A stretch of 57,385 bases of DNA, counting the filler, from Perkinsus olseni (Eukaryota), in the NCBI GenBank assembly GCA_013115125.1. It is 2 parts of 2 records of this genome, joined end to end, with 100 filler letters (N's around TTAATTAATTAA, not from the genome) between each part and the next. Parts side by side here need not be neighbours in the genome. Positions count along the whole stretch, not along the records: positions 1 to 28,689 come from JABANN010000443.1; 1 more part is not named here. One strand, written 5' to 3'. Positions within the stretch are counted from its first letter, which is position 1; every line of letters starts with the position of its first letter. The translations under genes and the position numbers were made by a program. Below the pieces are notes generated by a model. It saw only the letters and a program-made list of their open reading frames with translations. It was not told the DNA's origin and ran no database searches. Of this stretch, positions 1 through 11,213 are shown piece by piece.

Positions 1-2079
1 ATCGTCACTCCTCTCGTTCACTACTGCATGGGTGGTTTGAAGATCGATACTACCGGTCGCGTCCTCGACAAGGAAGGCAAGCCCATCCGCGGTCTCTACG
101 CTGCCGGTGAGCTTATGGGAGGTGTCCACGGCAACAACCGTTTGGGTGGTAACTCTCTTCTTGACTGTGTCGTTTTTGGCCGTCTTACTGGTAAGGATCT
201 CTGCGAGAACGTCCTCGATCTCAACAACAAGTTGAACTTGAAGGACTTGAAGGCCGCTCCTGCGAAGACAGCGCCCGTTGCCAAGAAGACCGCTCCCGCC
301 CCTGCTCCCGTAGCTGCCCCCGCTCCCGTCTCGAACGGTTACACTATGGAGGAGGTTGCCAAGCACAACACTGACAGTGACTGCTGGGTTGTCCTCAATG
401 GCGAGGTTCTTGATGTCACCGAGTTCCTCCCCGAGCATCCTGGTGGAAAGCTTGCCATCATGACTTTCGCTGGTAAGGACGCCACTAAGGAGTTCAACAT
501 GATCCATCCCGCTGATGTTGTCGAGAAGTACGTGCCTGAGTCTATCCTCGGACCTGTTGTCGAGGCTTCCGCTGCTTCCGCTGCCCCTGCCGCCGCCGCT
601 GCTACTGCTGCCCCCACCAACGGTTACACCTTGGAGGAGGTTGCCAAGCACAACACCGATACCGACTGCTGGGTTGCCCTCAACGGTCAGGTCTTGGATG
701 TCACTGACTTCCTCCCTGAGCACCCCGGTGGAAAGCTCGCCATTATGACTTTCGCCGGCAAGGACGCCTCCAAGGAGTTCAACATGATCCACCCCGCTGA
801 TGTCGTTGAGAAGTACGTGCCTGAGTCTATCCTCGGACCTGTTGTTGAGGCCTCGGCTGCCGCCCCTGTCGCCGCTCCTGCTGCCGCTGCTCCCGCCAAT
901 GGCATCACCATGGAGGAGGTCGCTAAGCACACTAGCGAGACCGACTGCTGGGTTGTTGTGAACGGTCAGGTTTTGGACGTCACCGACTTCCTTCCTGAGC
1001 ATCCTGGTGGAAAGCTCGCCATCATGACTTTCGCTGGTAAGGATGCCTCTAAGGAGTTCAACATGATCCATCCCGCCGATGTGGTTGAGAAGTACGCCTC
1101 CGATGCCATCCTCGGACCTGTTGTTGAGGCCTCTGCGGTCGCCCCTGCTGGTGCCTCCAACAACTTGGCTCAGCCTCTCCTTAGTGACTACTCCGCCAAG
1201 GCTGCTCCTGCTCAGTGGTGGGGTGAGGAGCGCAACACTTGCGACATGCACGGCCCTCTTGGACCCTCTGTCTGGTCGTACTGCGCTGCTCTTTGCTACT
1301 TCGTCTGGATGTTCGTTCTCGAGACTTTGAAGACTATATTCACCGTCAAGAACTGGAAGAACATCTCCGACAAGTCTGGATTGACTCGCTCTGCTATCTT
1401 CATGATGGTCTTCGTCACGATCCATGCTTTGGGTAACATCCACTTATTCTTCGGCGCAATTCACTTCAATGCTTACGCCTACTTCCTCAACCATCCTTGC
1501 CCCTGGAGCACTCTTCTCCTCCCTGTGGAGATCTACCTCCTTGCCGCTGGTCTCTTGCACGTCACTGTCGCCACTGTCCGTACCTTCAAGTTCAAGAGCA
1601 TGAACAGCAGCGTCGACCAGCTTTGGTTGTTCTTGACTGGAAGCGTCCTCTTCGTGTTCCTTGTTGTCCATCTCATGCAGTTCCGCTTCGTAAGCGAGGC
1701 CGCCGCTCCTCAGTACTACTTCCGCTCCAAGTGGATGTACCCCTTCTACTGCAGCAGCGACGATACCTCTTGCCAGCTTGTCCACTTCAAGGATCTCTAC
1801 AAGATGGAGATGAAGTACTTCGAGAGTTTCGGCTGGGTTCTCTTCTACGAGGCCGGTGTCATTGCTTTCTGGTCTCATATGAAGGAGGGTATTCGCAAGG
1901 TCATTTCTACCTACGCTGGCATTCCCCGCAAGTACAAGTCTCAGGCTCAGTTCTTCGGTCAGCTCATGGCCTGGGTGCTTGGTCTCCTGTACTTCTCCTA
2001 CCCCTTGTTCAGCTACTTCGCTCCCATCAGGGACTGGGCCAAGTATGATGCTGCCATGCCCACTCCGGTCGAGATGTAA
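1..2079 (+). CDS. 5'-truncated fusion protein: C-terminus of FAD-dependent fumarate reductase (flavocytochrome c/Osm1 type) + 3 cytochrome b5 heme domains + SdhC/cytochrome b558-type membrane anchor
   Basis: Frame is open from base 1: [12 protein letters not shown]...GLYAAGE...[22 protein letters not shown] (HYxMGG and RLGGNSL fumarate reductase motifs). Three EEVAKHN..DCWV..HPGG..AGKDA..F..IH b5 domains are separated by Ala/Pro linkers. The hydrophobic C-terminus has four spaced His ([24 protein letters not shown]) and FNAYAYFL, resembling bacterial SdhC of the b558 family. No introns in this part. Confidence 0.9.
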   Translation: MVTPLVHYCMGGLKIDTTGRVLDKEGKPIRGLYAAGELMGGVHGNNRLGGNSLLDCVVFGRLTGKDLCENVLDLNNKLNLKDLKAAPAKTAPVAKKTAPAPAPVAAPAPVSNGYTMEEVAKHNTDSDCWVVLNGEVLDVTEFLPEHPGGKLAIMTFAGKDATKEFNMIHPADVVEKYVPESILGPVVEASAASAAPAAAAATAAPTNGYTLEEVAKHNTDTDCWVALNGQVLDVTDFLPEHPGGKLAIMTFAGKDASKEFNMIHPADVVEKYVPESILGPVVEASAAAPVAAPAAAAPANGITMEEVAKHTSETDCWVVVNGQVLDVTDFLPEHPGGKLAIMTFAGKDASKEFNMIHPADVVEKYASDAILGPVVEASAVAPAGASNNLAQPLLSDYSAKAAPAQWWGEERNTCDMHGPLGPSVWSYCAALCYFVWMFVLETLKTIFTVKNWKNISDKSGLTRSAIFMMVFVTIHALGNIHLFFGAIHFNAYAYFLNHPCPWSTLLLPVEIYLLAAGLLHVTVATVRTFKFKSMNSSVDQLWLFLTGSVLFVFLVVHLMQFRFVSEAAAPQYYFRSKWMYPFYCSSDDTSCQLVHFKDLYKMEMKYFESFGWVLFYEAGVIAFWSHMKEGIRKVISTYAGIPRKYKSQAQFFGQLMAWVLGLLYFSYPLFSYFAPIRDWAKYDAAMPTPVEM
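340..1130 (+). repeat. Three near-identical cytochrome b5 domain repeats inside the fusion gene
   Basis: Units at ~340-560, ~622-850 and ~898-1130 share the peptide [20 protein letters not shown](T/S)[15 protein letters not shown] and long near-identical DNA runs. Confidence 0.95.
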
Positions 2080-3317
2080 ATATTTCTCTCGCGTTTGATG
2101 CGATGATATGTTCCTACTATTGATTTTCGTGATAGTAATATGGTGTCACCACCAACTTCAGTTGAGTGCTTTACGCTGGAGCCCCGACTTGCTTTGTCTG
2201 CGCGTCTTTCTTAGTTACTAGTACAACTGAAAGCAACTGTTCCGTAAGGGAATCAAAATGACCATTTGTTGTGTTGTTCATGAGGATCACCGTGCAGTAT
2301 AGTGCAGTACAGAAATTTATTGACATCGATTCATTTTCGCTCACATCAACGGACGGAACGGAACGTACAATATGAGAGAGGACAATGCGCGTCGTATGGC
2401 CGTCTATAATGGTGGTGTCCTTCAGATGATGAGCGTATAAACAAGGCCAAGTTGGGCCACAAAGCCGATTCTCTGGCTTCGATCAGATTGTGAATCGGAA
2501 TGCAATATTTGCGGGCTCTCGTGATCAGGCGCTAGAAATCAGAGAAAGGTTCGGTGTCTGTGAATTGGTTGATTAGAGTATTAGAATGGGAGGGTCAGAC
2601 GACGGCAGCAACAGCCGTGCCAAGACCCGACCCAGACTGGGAGCCTTCATTCGAGTCTCGATTCGGCTCCGTTCGAGTCTCTCACCCTCATCTATATCAC
2701 TCATTCGCTTCACACCGTGAGTCCTAGTTAAACACTAGTAGCTTTTCGTTCGTTCATCCTTCTCGTCTGGTGACCCACCACCAAATGATGACCATGGATG
2801 ACCAGACCCAATGCAGTGAGTGCCTTCAGAACGGGCAATTGCCAATAACCTCACAGCATCATGGACTTGTTGCTCATGTTGCTCATGCAGTGCACTGTTC
2901 ACTACGGCACCTTTCGAATAGTTTCCTATAACCGATTTCTTACTCATGCGTTGCTGCAGTTCAATACTCCGCTCCGCTTGCCGCGTGCTTTACTTGCTCT
3001 CTCTGAACAAGAGCTAGAGATCTCCAGCGCTTAGCAACCAGTTCTTATTATCAACGCGCGCGTCTAGTTTTTCTATTGGCTACGCACACGCTTAGGTTTC
3101 TAGACTACAGATTGTAGTTCATTTCCCAACCACTATCATGCTGCCCAATGATCTCATCGACGGGCAGCAGATTTTCGTCAACTTGGATGGATATTTGATG
3201 GTTGAGCATTTCAACACCTCAGACCTACTTTTAGATGATATTACCATGTTTAAAGTTAGCCGGTTGGCTGTTGGTGCCAAAGTCTAATTCCAACTTACTC
3301 ATTTCGATGTTGGAGCA

Positions 3318-4196
3318 ATGCTGCCTGCTGATTCAGAGGAGTCATCAGCGGACTCAGATTCGGATGAGTCGTACGATGATGTAGAATATGTGAAGAGGAT
3401 ACCTGATGAAGTATCGGAGGAGAGGAAGTATATCAAAGGGGAATGGGTTATGGATGGTAGCTTCCTTATGGGCTGTATACTTGATGACACTTTCTATTAT
3501 GTTATTAATGGGGATGAAACATATATGAGAAAGAAGGACTTACGTGCTCCCGAATCTGATCCAGTCGTCGCCATGGATCTGCCTGGTCGTCTTTCTGACA
3601 TGAAATTGGCGGATGGTACTCTCTGTGCTGTTACATGGTCTAAGAAGGTTTACGCGCTCGAGCGTGATGGTACATGGAAGGTGATTCTCAACTCACCCCA
3701 TTTCCACGAATTTCAAGACTTAACCACCGGGCCCGATGGCCAGCTTTTAGTGCTACTCAGAAACGGAGATGACCTCGCGGTTATGCACGGGCAAAGGCTG
3801 GTTAAGACTGTCGAGAACGTTCGTCCTCACAAGTGTCGTTTCCTTCCCGGCTCTCGGGGGAATGTGGTCGTGGGGCTCTTCTTCGGTCCGCGTGAAAATC
3901 CAAGGGTTATGTTGAACTGCTTTGAGTTATCCTCGAGGATTCCACTCGCCAGGCACTTTCCATGGTACGAGATCGTCGGTTGTGGGTCTACGAATAGTAC
4001 ATCAGTGACCGTCTCCGACTGGGCTGTTGTAATTAGAGCTTCATCACCACTAGGAAGGGGCATGTATGCTACCATGGACGAGCTGGAGAACGCCAGGGAA
4101 GACGCTGAGAACGGCGTCCGTGTGGGGGAGCCGACTACCCGGTACAACTCTGCAATCGCTGTTGTCCAGCTCGTGCACACAACAAGTACCTATTGA
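3318..4196 (+). CDS. Hypothetical protein (acidic N-terminus, beta-rich body)
   Basis: 292-aa ATG ORF with protein-like composition. No family motif recognised; an upstream exon is possible. Confidence 0.5.
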   Translation: MLPADSEESSADSDSDESYDDVEYVKRIPDEVSEERKYIKGEWVMDGSFLMGCILDDTFYYVINGDETYMRKKDLRAPESDPVVAMDLPGRLSDMKLADGTLCAVTWSKKVYALERDGTWKVILNSPHFHEFQDLTTGPDGQLLVLLRNGDDLAVMHGQRLVKTVENVRPHKCRFLPGSRGNVVVGLFFGPRENPRVMLNCFELSSRIPLARHFPWYEIVGCGSTNSTSVTVSDWAVVIRASSPLGRGMYATMDELENAREDAENGVRVGEPTTRYNSAIAVVQLVHTTSTY

Positions 4197-4489
4197 TGAT
4201 AAGACTCTTGCGTAATCGGAGATTATATCAGTGATTGCGACGGACAGCATCCCTGGTACTTCGTCGTGTTGCTGTTCACCGTCTGCAGTGTCTACTCAAG
4301 AAGGCTCAGTACTGATACGCTCGTCACTTCTTCGCTTTTGCCATGACCAAAATGTTATTGTGTTTTTAAGTTCGAATAGATACAGTACACCGATCGAGGT
4401 GGAACTCCCACCTCGACCGGAACCGTTCCGGGGATCGGCGATCGAGGACTGGGGAGGTCTATACAAAAGAATAGGGAGGCAGCATCTTC

Positions 4490-7250
4490 AGTAATAGAAC
4501 ATCCTCAATGAATGGCTACCTTTTATCGTCAGAAGAATTCATCTCGGAAGAGTGATATCCCTAGTGCTTCCTCGCCTTCTCCAGGCAGTCATGGTTTGAG
4601 TCTCAAACTTTGGGATCTGATGCTCGAGGCGATATTAGAGGTGGTTCATACTGCAACCACTGGGTGAAGTGGTGTCATGAAAGGACCGCATTCAACGCCT
4701 CTCGACATTCTAGACCCTTGTATGAAAGGGAGGGTACAGTTTTGCGTGGCTTATGATCTCAATCCAGCGTAGCCGTGAAATTCGTTTCTGAGTTTCCTTC
4801 ACTGGCGGGAGAGTGAACCACCCTGATCCGCAACGGGCCGAGGCTCGTCTGAGCTTCAACTATTTGGAGTTTACGCACAACTCACAGCGAGTCATTCGGT
4901 CGCGGGCAAGAGCACCTGGATGCTGAGAACGCAGAAATTCTGCAAACCTGGCGCACGTGCCGTCTCTTGATGACATTCCCACGGGCTTCGCGTGATCATC
5001 ATTCTCTCACGCATTCCACTGCCTAACTCTCAGAAAAACTCAAAATCGCCTATCTCTTGTATAGGAAGAATCATGCTGCATCATAAGCATCGGAATAGCT
5101 CGCCGTCAGCTGGAATATCCTTCTCAACGGCGAGAAGTCTTCGACGGGGTCTGACTCCTCTCTGCCGATAGTGAATGCACTCGCAGTCGTACCAACCTCA
5201 GGCCTACTCATCGTTAGTCCTAAGCCTCCCAAGAGCCGTGATCGGACTGTGCCGCTTCCGTCCAGATATCGTCAAGGGACTGCCGGAGTGCACAGGGAAA
5301 GATGAGGGAGATGTGACCGTCACTCCCTCACACCACCTGCAGGCAACCCACGAGTCTGTTCGTATCACTTCGTACCTAGCCAGTTACCTATTCGTTTCTG
5401 CACGCCCAAATCCCCGGTCGGGCGCTACTTTCCCAACAGCGGGAGCCACACCCTCCTCGCTAACATGCTTGACGGTCCGCAGCGATCCTTGACCAGGACG
5501 GCTACCGTTTGTACCAGTGGAAGCACTGAGAAGACATGTACCACTTTTCTCATCAGCACGAAGAGGCTCACGATCTACCTCGTTAGTCTCTTGAATACAT
5601 CTCTAGTCCCCCCGATCCGATGTATGGGCGCACTGGGCACACTCTCGGCTGCTGGAGGCGACTGTCGGCCTTCCGCTGGTTGTAGCTCGCCTGCAGAGCC
5701 TTTCTTGTTGTGAGAGGGGTGGGGTGTGATCTTCGGCGCGAAAGTCGCCTGATATCACCAGCAGGGTCACCGCGTAGAGCCGACGGAATCCGTATGCATC
5801 CCTACGAGTACGTGGCCCTAACACCTTTAGCCACTGCGTGCTGATGCACCCGGGGAATGCCACGAGCCAGTTCTCCAACATTCCACTAGATTATCGCAGG
5901 ATGACTTGATCCAGAGCAATCGACTAGAACTTGACCTGCTGCATTCTCGCGGCCTCGATCGCTTTCCTCTTGGTCTCGATCTTAGCCTTCGAGACCTCTG
6001 CAGCACGTAACAACCTGCAGCGATTAACCAGAGTCACTGAACCAGAGCCGCCGTCGGCGACGCTACGGTCCCCCAAAGCCATCACCTCTCTCCAACCGGC
6101 TCGACCTTTTCTCCTCCCTTATGGCCTCGCCTAGTATATATATTAGGTGCGAAGGTGCACGCCGCCTGACATGTCGTATTATAAAAGGTACGAGGAGCTC
6201 TTCTAAAATATGACCTTCATCTCAGCTTCGTGCTGGACTTGTCGCTGCTCTTTTCGACGTCTCACGTCCTCAGCCCAGGTATCCAAATCCTTCCGCGTGC
6301 GCGCCAGGGACCGGCTGCGGCGGTTGATGACGGGAGTGTGCCGAGCTCCCTCCTCCCTTCCGATGCGCTCTTTCTGATCAGCTATGGACGCTTCTCGAGC
6401 GGACAGTAATTTACTGGCGCGTGACGCAATAGACGGGAGGTCCGAGGCCATCCTTCTGGACCTGAGCTCCTCGGGTATGTCGCGCGCCACGATATTGCTC
6501 CATCCCACCTCGGGTCAACTTGTGGCCTCCCCGTCACTGTCCTCCGCAGCTCATGCTCGTACTCTCGAACCAGCCTGTCCCGATTGGCCTCACGAGTAGC
6601 ACTAAACAACAACCAGTCAAAGACGGATAGTCAGCGATTGATCCCAGACACTTTCTCGGGAATTTCCTTGCGACAAAGAGAGACCTCCCCCCAGCAATGA
6701 CCGCTCGAGATACACCCAGCCTAGCGCTGCCATACTTAGAATCACGTCTTAATCCCCAGCAGGCCCGACGACGTACCTGTGCTCGTCGTGTAGCCTATGG
6801 ACCACCCTATCAACTTCGGCTCGGCTGCCTTGTCGGCCAAGCAAGCTGCTATTCATACCAGCATCACTACCACCACACACACTCGGAGTCTTCGCTCTGT
6901 TCGTGGGGGTGCAAGGGAGTATTGATGGAGGACCCTGAGGGCAACGCCACTCTCAAGCTGTTTGCGATTCTCAACGGGATCAGTCCCGGCCTCCGATACT
7001 CCTACACAGTGACGTCGAAGCGGGCTCCGCGAGGACCCCTCCACAGAGAGAGCGGCTCACCCCTCTCGCCAGGCCCAGTGAGCGATGTGGTGGCAAATCG
7101 TGAGAGCCGGTTGAGGTAGTGGACAATGACGCCCACTGGGGTCCACTCGAATGCCTGATGTACAGCAACACGGAATTTGCGACCGTACACTGGCGTCGAT
7201 CAGAGAACGTCAATGAGCCGGCAGATAGAAGTGCTAGCGTATCCCCATGA
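4490..7250 (-). CDS. Probable multi-exon hypothetical protein with coiled-coil segments and (F/T)xPxI-type repeats; boundaries approximate
   Basis: Minus-strand exon-like pieces: TGRPQVDPR, HTPVINRRSRSLA, DVRRRKEQRQVQHEAEMK, LLRAAEVSKAKIETKRKAIEAARMQQ (CAG/GT flanked), ATFAPKIT. Gene model not fully resolved. Confidence 0.4.
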
Positions 7251-8292
7251 CCTCCGTATCACTGATACAGAGATCATCATAATGCCGGAACAACTACAGC
7301 AGCATAAGGTTCGCTGAAAGGCGGCATCGATGTCTTGCCCCAATAAGGGCAAGATCTTCCTCATTTTTGGATGGACAGCAGGAAACCAGATTAGTGGAAC
7401 ACCCGTGCGCCCCCCTACCCCGCGAGCCCTGGTATAACCTTGAGGGCTGGTGGTGACCCTGGTCGCTCCTCGCGTAAAGGTTGGTACGCACCATCGTCCA
7501 AGTCGAGTAGTTTGGATACTTGCTGGGCTATTACTGATCGTAGCGGTGTGGTCGGCATTTAAAGCGGAACGGCTCCCTCTGAGATTGGCCCACATCGAGG
7601 ACCCTCCGAGGGTAGTATATCTCTCGCGAAAGCCCCTAACTTTTGGTGACACTGATTTTCAAAAATAAACCCAGCCACAGGTGCACAAAAGAGGTTTGGT
7701 AGGAAGAACGACCGAGCGTATTGGGTTGGACACCCCGGCGAGTCACAGCGGGCAGTAGCATGATCGGAGCAGCCTGCAGCGAGCAGCATTTGCGTCGGGG
7801 TAGTCCTGGTGCATGGCTCCTCACTAGCAGATAACCAACATCATTGATAGCAATTACAACCCCTAGTGATATCAAATTCTCATTCTTCATCCAAGCATTC
7901 GTCGGTATCATTTTCCCATCCACGCTCTGCTTTTTCGTTCCTGACTTGCAGCTTCCCCCGCCCAAAGTTCGGGCTCATTACCGATCACTTATGTAGTGTT
8001 TTCCTTTCGTTCACACGAGTACTCTTGGCAAAACTCTAAACCGTAATGAGTTGTATACCCCGCCCTAATGGAGGTTTAGTCAGCACAGTCATGTGCTCGA
8101 CTTCGAAGGTCCATCCTTCAACTGTAGCCTACTGTAGCATTCTACTAGGTCGGAAAATATCGTTTCTTTCATGTACCGTCGATCTACGAGCCCGCAGATT
8201 AGCAATCCCTCCGAAGGGCCTCTTTTCTTCCCACGATGACCTCTACTTTACCATGAAGTTGTATCCCACACAGACACTCTGCTGAGCACGAA

Positions 8293-8537
8293 GCCCAGCA
8301 CAGTCATCCACATCGAGCGTAGCACTCTCGCCACATTAACGACCTCTTAAAGTGATTGCGTCACACTTTCGAGGAGATACCAGTGGCGTTAGGATCCACA
8401 CAAGCTTGTCTCGCCTACTGAGCTGCAGCCCATTCACAACAGGTGCGAGGGCCCAGCTCAATCACAGCGAAGGGTACTCTAGCCACATTAACGACCCCAG
8501 TAAACGAGTAACGTCTCCGAGGAGATACCAGTGGCGA
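8293..8537. repeat. Degenerate direct repeat (two copies about 150 bp apart)
   Basis: GCCACATTAACGACC and CGAGGAGATACCAGTGGCG each occur twice (~8330/8482 and ~8369/8518). Confidence 0.7.
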
Positions 8538-9023
8538 TGATACAGTCGTTTCTGATGAGATTGACGCAGCCGGGCCGTTTGAAAGGGGACAGCTGTTGTG
8601 TCATAGCTAATGACCGCAGCACGCCGTTGAACAGCGCTAAACATGCCCGGTTCAATTGCAGTGGATCGCAGACCTCGCTGTGAGACTATCGCGGCGTTAA
8701 TTAGACCTCTTGTGAATTAGAGGACGGCTCCCAGGTGATGAAGACGATTCCGAGACCTAGTGGGACTCAAGAGAGGCACTCGGAATGCTGCGATATGAGA
8801 TGCTGCCACGTAGCGGGAAGAGGGAATCAGTTCCAAACTCGACGAAAACGGATGGTGTGATGAACTCAACGCGAGTGAGTATGATAACCGAAACAATATA
8901 CACTTATAACAACAAAGATCGTCCTACAGGCAGGCCGGGCATTAAGCCCTAGGTATGCGACCGCCAAGTAGGGAATGCAACTCGACCTATTTTGTATCTT
9001 GCACTGTTAACCCAAAGATTCGT

Positions 9024-11213
9024 CTAATGGGGCCCAATTAGCCTCGGCTGGGCCGCTTCATAGGCGTTCCAATCTCTCACCGGTTCACCAAAGTAACCGT
9101 AAATAGGGAAGGAGAGGTAGCAGAGGCCGACCAGAATCACCAACGCTTGGCCCACCAGGCAAGCCGCGCTCTTGTACGCTCTCGGCACCACTGGATGAGA
9201 ATTCACAACTTTCTTGAGGCCTTCACGGGCGTGCGATATGAAGAAGAGGATTCCGACGAGGTAGTAGCAGACCCAGAAAGGGTTGGAAAAAAGGTCGAAC
9301 TCCATCTTGTAAAGATCCTTGAAGTGGACAAGCTGGCAAGAGGTATCGTCACTGCTGCAGTAGAAGGGATACATCCACTTGGAGCGGAAGTAGTACTGAG
9401 GAGCGGCGGCCTCGCTGACGAAGCGGAACTGCATGAGATGGACAACAAGGAAGGCCAATAGGAAGACGCCCGAGATGGCCATCCACAGGCTGTCGATGCC
9501 CATGTTCATTCTCTTGAACTTGAAGGTCCTCACGAGAGCCACAGCGACGTGCATCAACCCACACAGCAGCAGATAGACTTCCACGGGCAGCATGAGAGTG
9601 CTCCATGGCACGGGATGGTTCAGGAAATAGCCATAGCCATTGAAGTGCGGGGCGCCAGCAAAGATATGCAGGTTCCCTAGACCGTGGACGACCGTGAAGA
9701 AGAGCAGGAAGGCGGCCGACCGGGTGAGGCCAGATTTATCATGAATAATTTTGTAGTTTTTAACACTGAAAATGGTGGCCAACACTTCGTAAAGGAGCAT
9801 CGCCACCAAGCTGACAATACCACCAACGGTTCGACAGACCTCATAGGATACCGAAGGCCCCAACGGACCAAACTTGCTCGCCGTGTTCCGGTCTTCTCTC
9901 CACCACTGGTTCAAAGCACCTCCGCCCTTGTCCAGCAGTGGTGCAGCTAAACTCGTCGTATCAGCGTTCGGTCGGGGAGCTCCCAGCTCTCCCACATAGT
10001 AAGCTTTACCGTACTTGGCCATAGTGCCTTCGGGGTGTATCATGTCAAACTGCTCAGTACCATCCCTACCGGCATAGGCCAGAATAGCCGCGACGCCTCC
10101 CGGATGTATCGGAAGCCACTTCGTCACATCGTAAACGGTACCGTCGATGATAATCCAACAATCACCCTCAGTGTTGTGCTTGGCGACCTCATCTTCATCA
10201 AGAACATCAGCAGCGGCCTCCTCGGTCTCGCCCAGAGCCACCGCTCCCAACTCGTACTTTTTGCCGTATTTTTCAATGGTATCAGCGGGGTGTATCATAT
10301 TCCACTCATCACTAGCGTCCTTGCCGGCGTAGGTGAGGATAACAGTCTCACCTCCGGGGTGCAGCGGCAACCAATCAGTGAGGTTGTAGACCATTCCATT
10401 AACGATGACCCAACAGTCTTTCTTCGAGTTATGCTTGGCCACCTCTTCTACAGTAAGGCCGGGCTCAGTGGTCCCTCCCATGGGTTCTCCCAACTTGCCC
10501 ACAATGTGCTTGGACCCGTACTGCTGTAACACTTCGAACGAGTGTATCATGTTCCACTCTTCCGTGGCGTCCTGACCAGCATACCTCAATATCGCCTCCG
10601 GTCCCCCTGGGTGCTCCGTCAAGAAGGGCGTGACGGCCAGTACGAAGCCGTTGACCACGACCCAGCAGTCCTCCTTGGTGTTGTGCTTTGCGACCTCGTC
10701 CATGCCAAGGCCGCCGCTCTTCTTGGCCTTCTTTTTCTTCCTTTTTTGCGGGACTTGTAGCTTTCCAAGCACGCACTGCGGACACGTCTCCTGTATGAGG
10801 GCCTTAGCATGCACTGTGTTGTACTCCAACGAGCAGTCAGTGCCACCGAAAGCCGAGATCGAGAGCTCTCCGCCCGGATGCTCCTTGAGGTACTCTGTGA
10901 CGTCAAGCACTTCACCGTTGATCACCACCCAACAGTCGTTAGGCGTCCTATGCCTGGCAACCTCCTCTATAGTGATGCCCTCACTGAGCTTGCCCACTAC
11001 GAGGTCCTTGTGGTGCTCCATCACGCCACTACTGTGCACTGTGTTGAACTCCAATGAGCAGTCGGCTCCGGCGAAGGCCGTTATAGCGAGAGATCCCCCG
11101 GGATGGCTCGGCAGGTACTTAGTGCAGTCAATGACATCACCGTTGACCACGATCCAACAGTCGTCAGGCCGGTTGTGTTTCCTCACCTGTTCAAGGGTGA
11201 ATGAACGTGACAT
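9024..11213 (-). CDS. Penta-cytochrome b5 protein with C-terminal SdhC/cytochrome b558-type membrane anchor (no flavin domain)
   Basis: Intronless ORF from ATG 11213 (MSRSFTLEQVRKHN). Five HPGG-containing b5 domains, each with a downstream second His. The membrane domain keeps four His (VHGLGN, LMHV, VVHLMQF, ISHAREG) and is clearly paralogous to the C-terminus of gene 1..2079. Confidence 0.92.
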   Translation of the reverse strand: MSRSFTLEQVRKHNRPDDCWIVVNGDVIDCTKYLPSHPGGSLAITAFAGADCSLEFNTVHSSGVMEHHKDLVVGKLSEGITIEEVARHRTPNDCWVVINGEVLDVTEYLKEHPGGELSISAFGGTDCSLEYNTVHAKALIQETCPQCVLGKLQVPQKRKKKKAKKSGGLGMDEVAKHNTKEDCWVVVNGFVLAVTPFLTEHPGGPEAILRYAGQDATEEWNMIHSFEVLQQYGSKHIVGKLGEPMGGTTEPGLTVEEVAKHNSKKDCWVIVNGMVYNLTDWLPLHPGGETVILTYAGKDASDEWNMIHPADTIEKYGKKYELGAVALGETEEAAADVLDEDEVAKHNTEGDCWIIIDGTVYDVTKWLPIHPGGVAAILAYAGRDGTEQFDMIHPEGTMAKYGKAYYVGELGAPRPNADTTSLAAPLLDKGGGALNQWWREDRNTASKFGPLGPSVSYEVCRTVGGIVSLVAMLLYEVLATIFSVKNYKIIHDKSGLTRSAAFLLFFTVVHGLGNLHIFAGAPHFNGYGYFLNHPVPWSTLMLPVEVYLLLCGLMHVAVALVRTFKFKRMNMGIDSLWMAISGVFLLAFLVVHLMQFRFVSEAAAPQYYFRSKWMYPFYCSSDDTSCQLVHFKDLYKMEFDLFSNPFWVCYYLVGILFFISHAREGLKKVVNSHPVVPRAYKSAACLVGQALVILVGLCYLSFPIYGYFGEPVRDWNAYEAAQPRLIGPH

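Noticed and set aside
96-2048. Overlapping alternative-frame and antisense ORFs on the b5 genes (also 9147-11262)
   Set aside because: Shadows of GC-rich, codon-biased coding sequence and its repeats.
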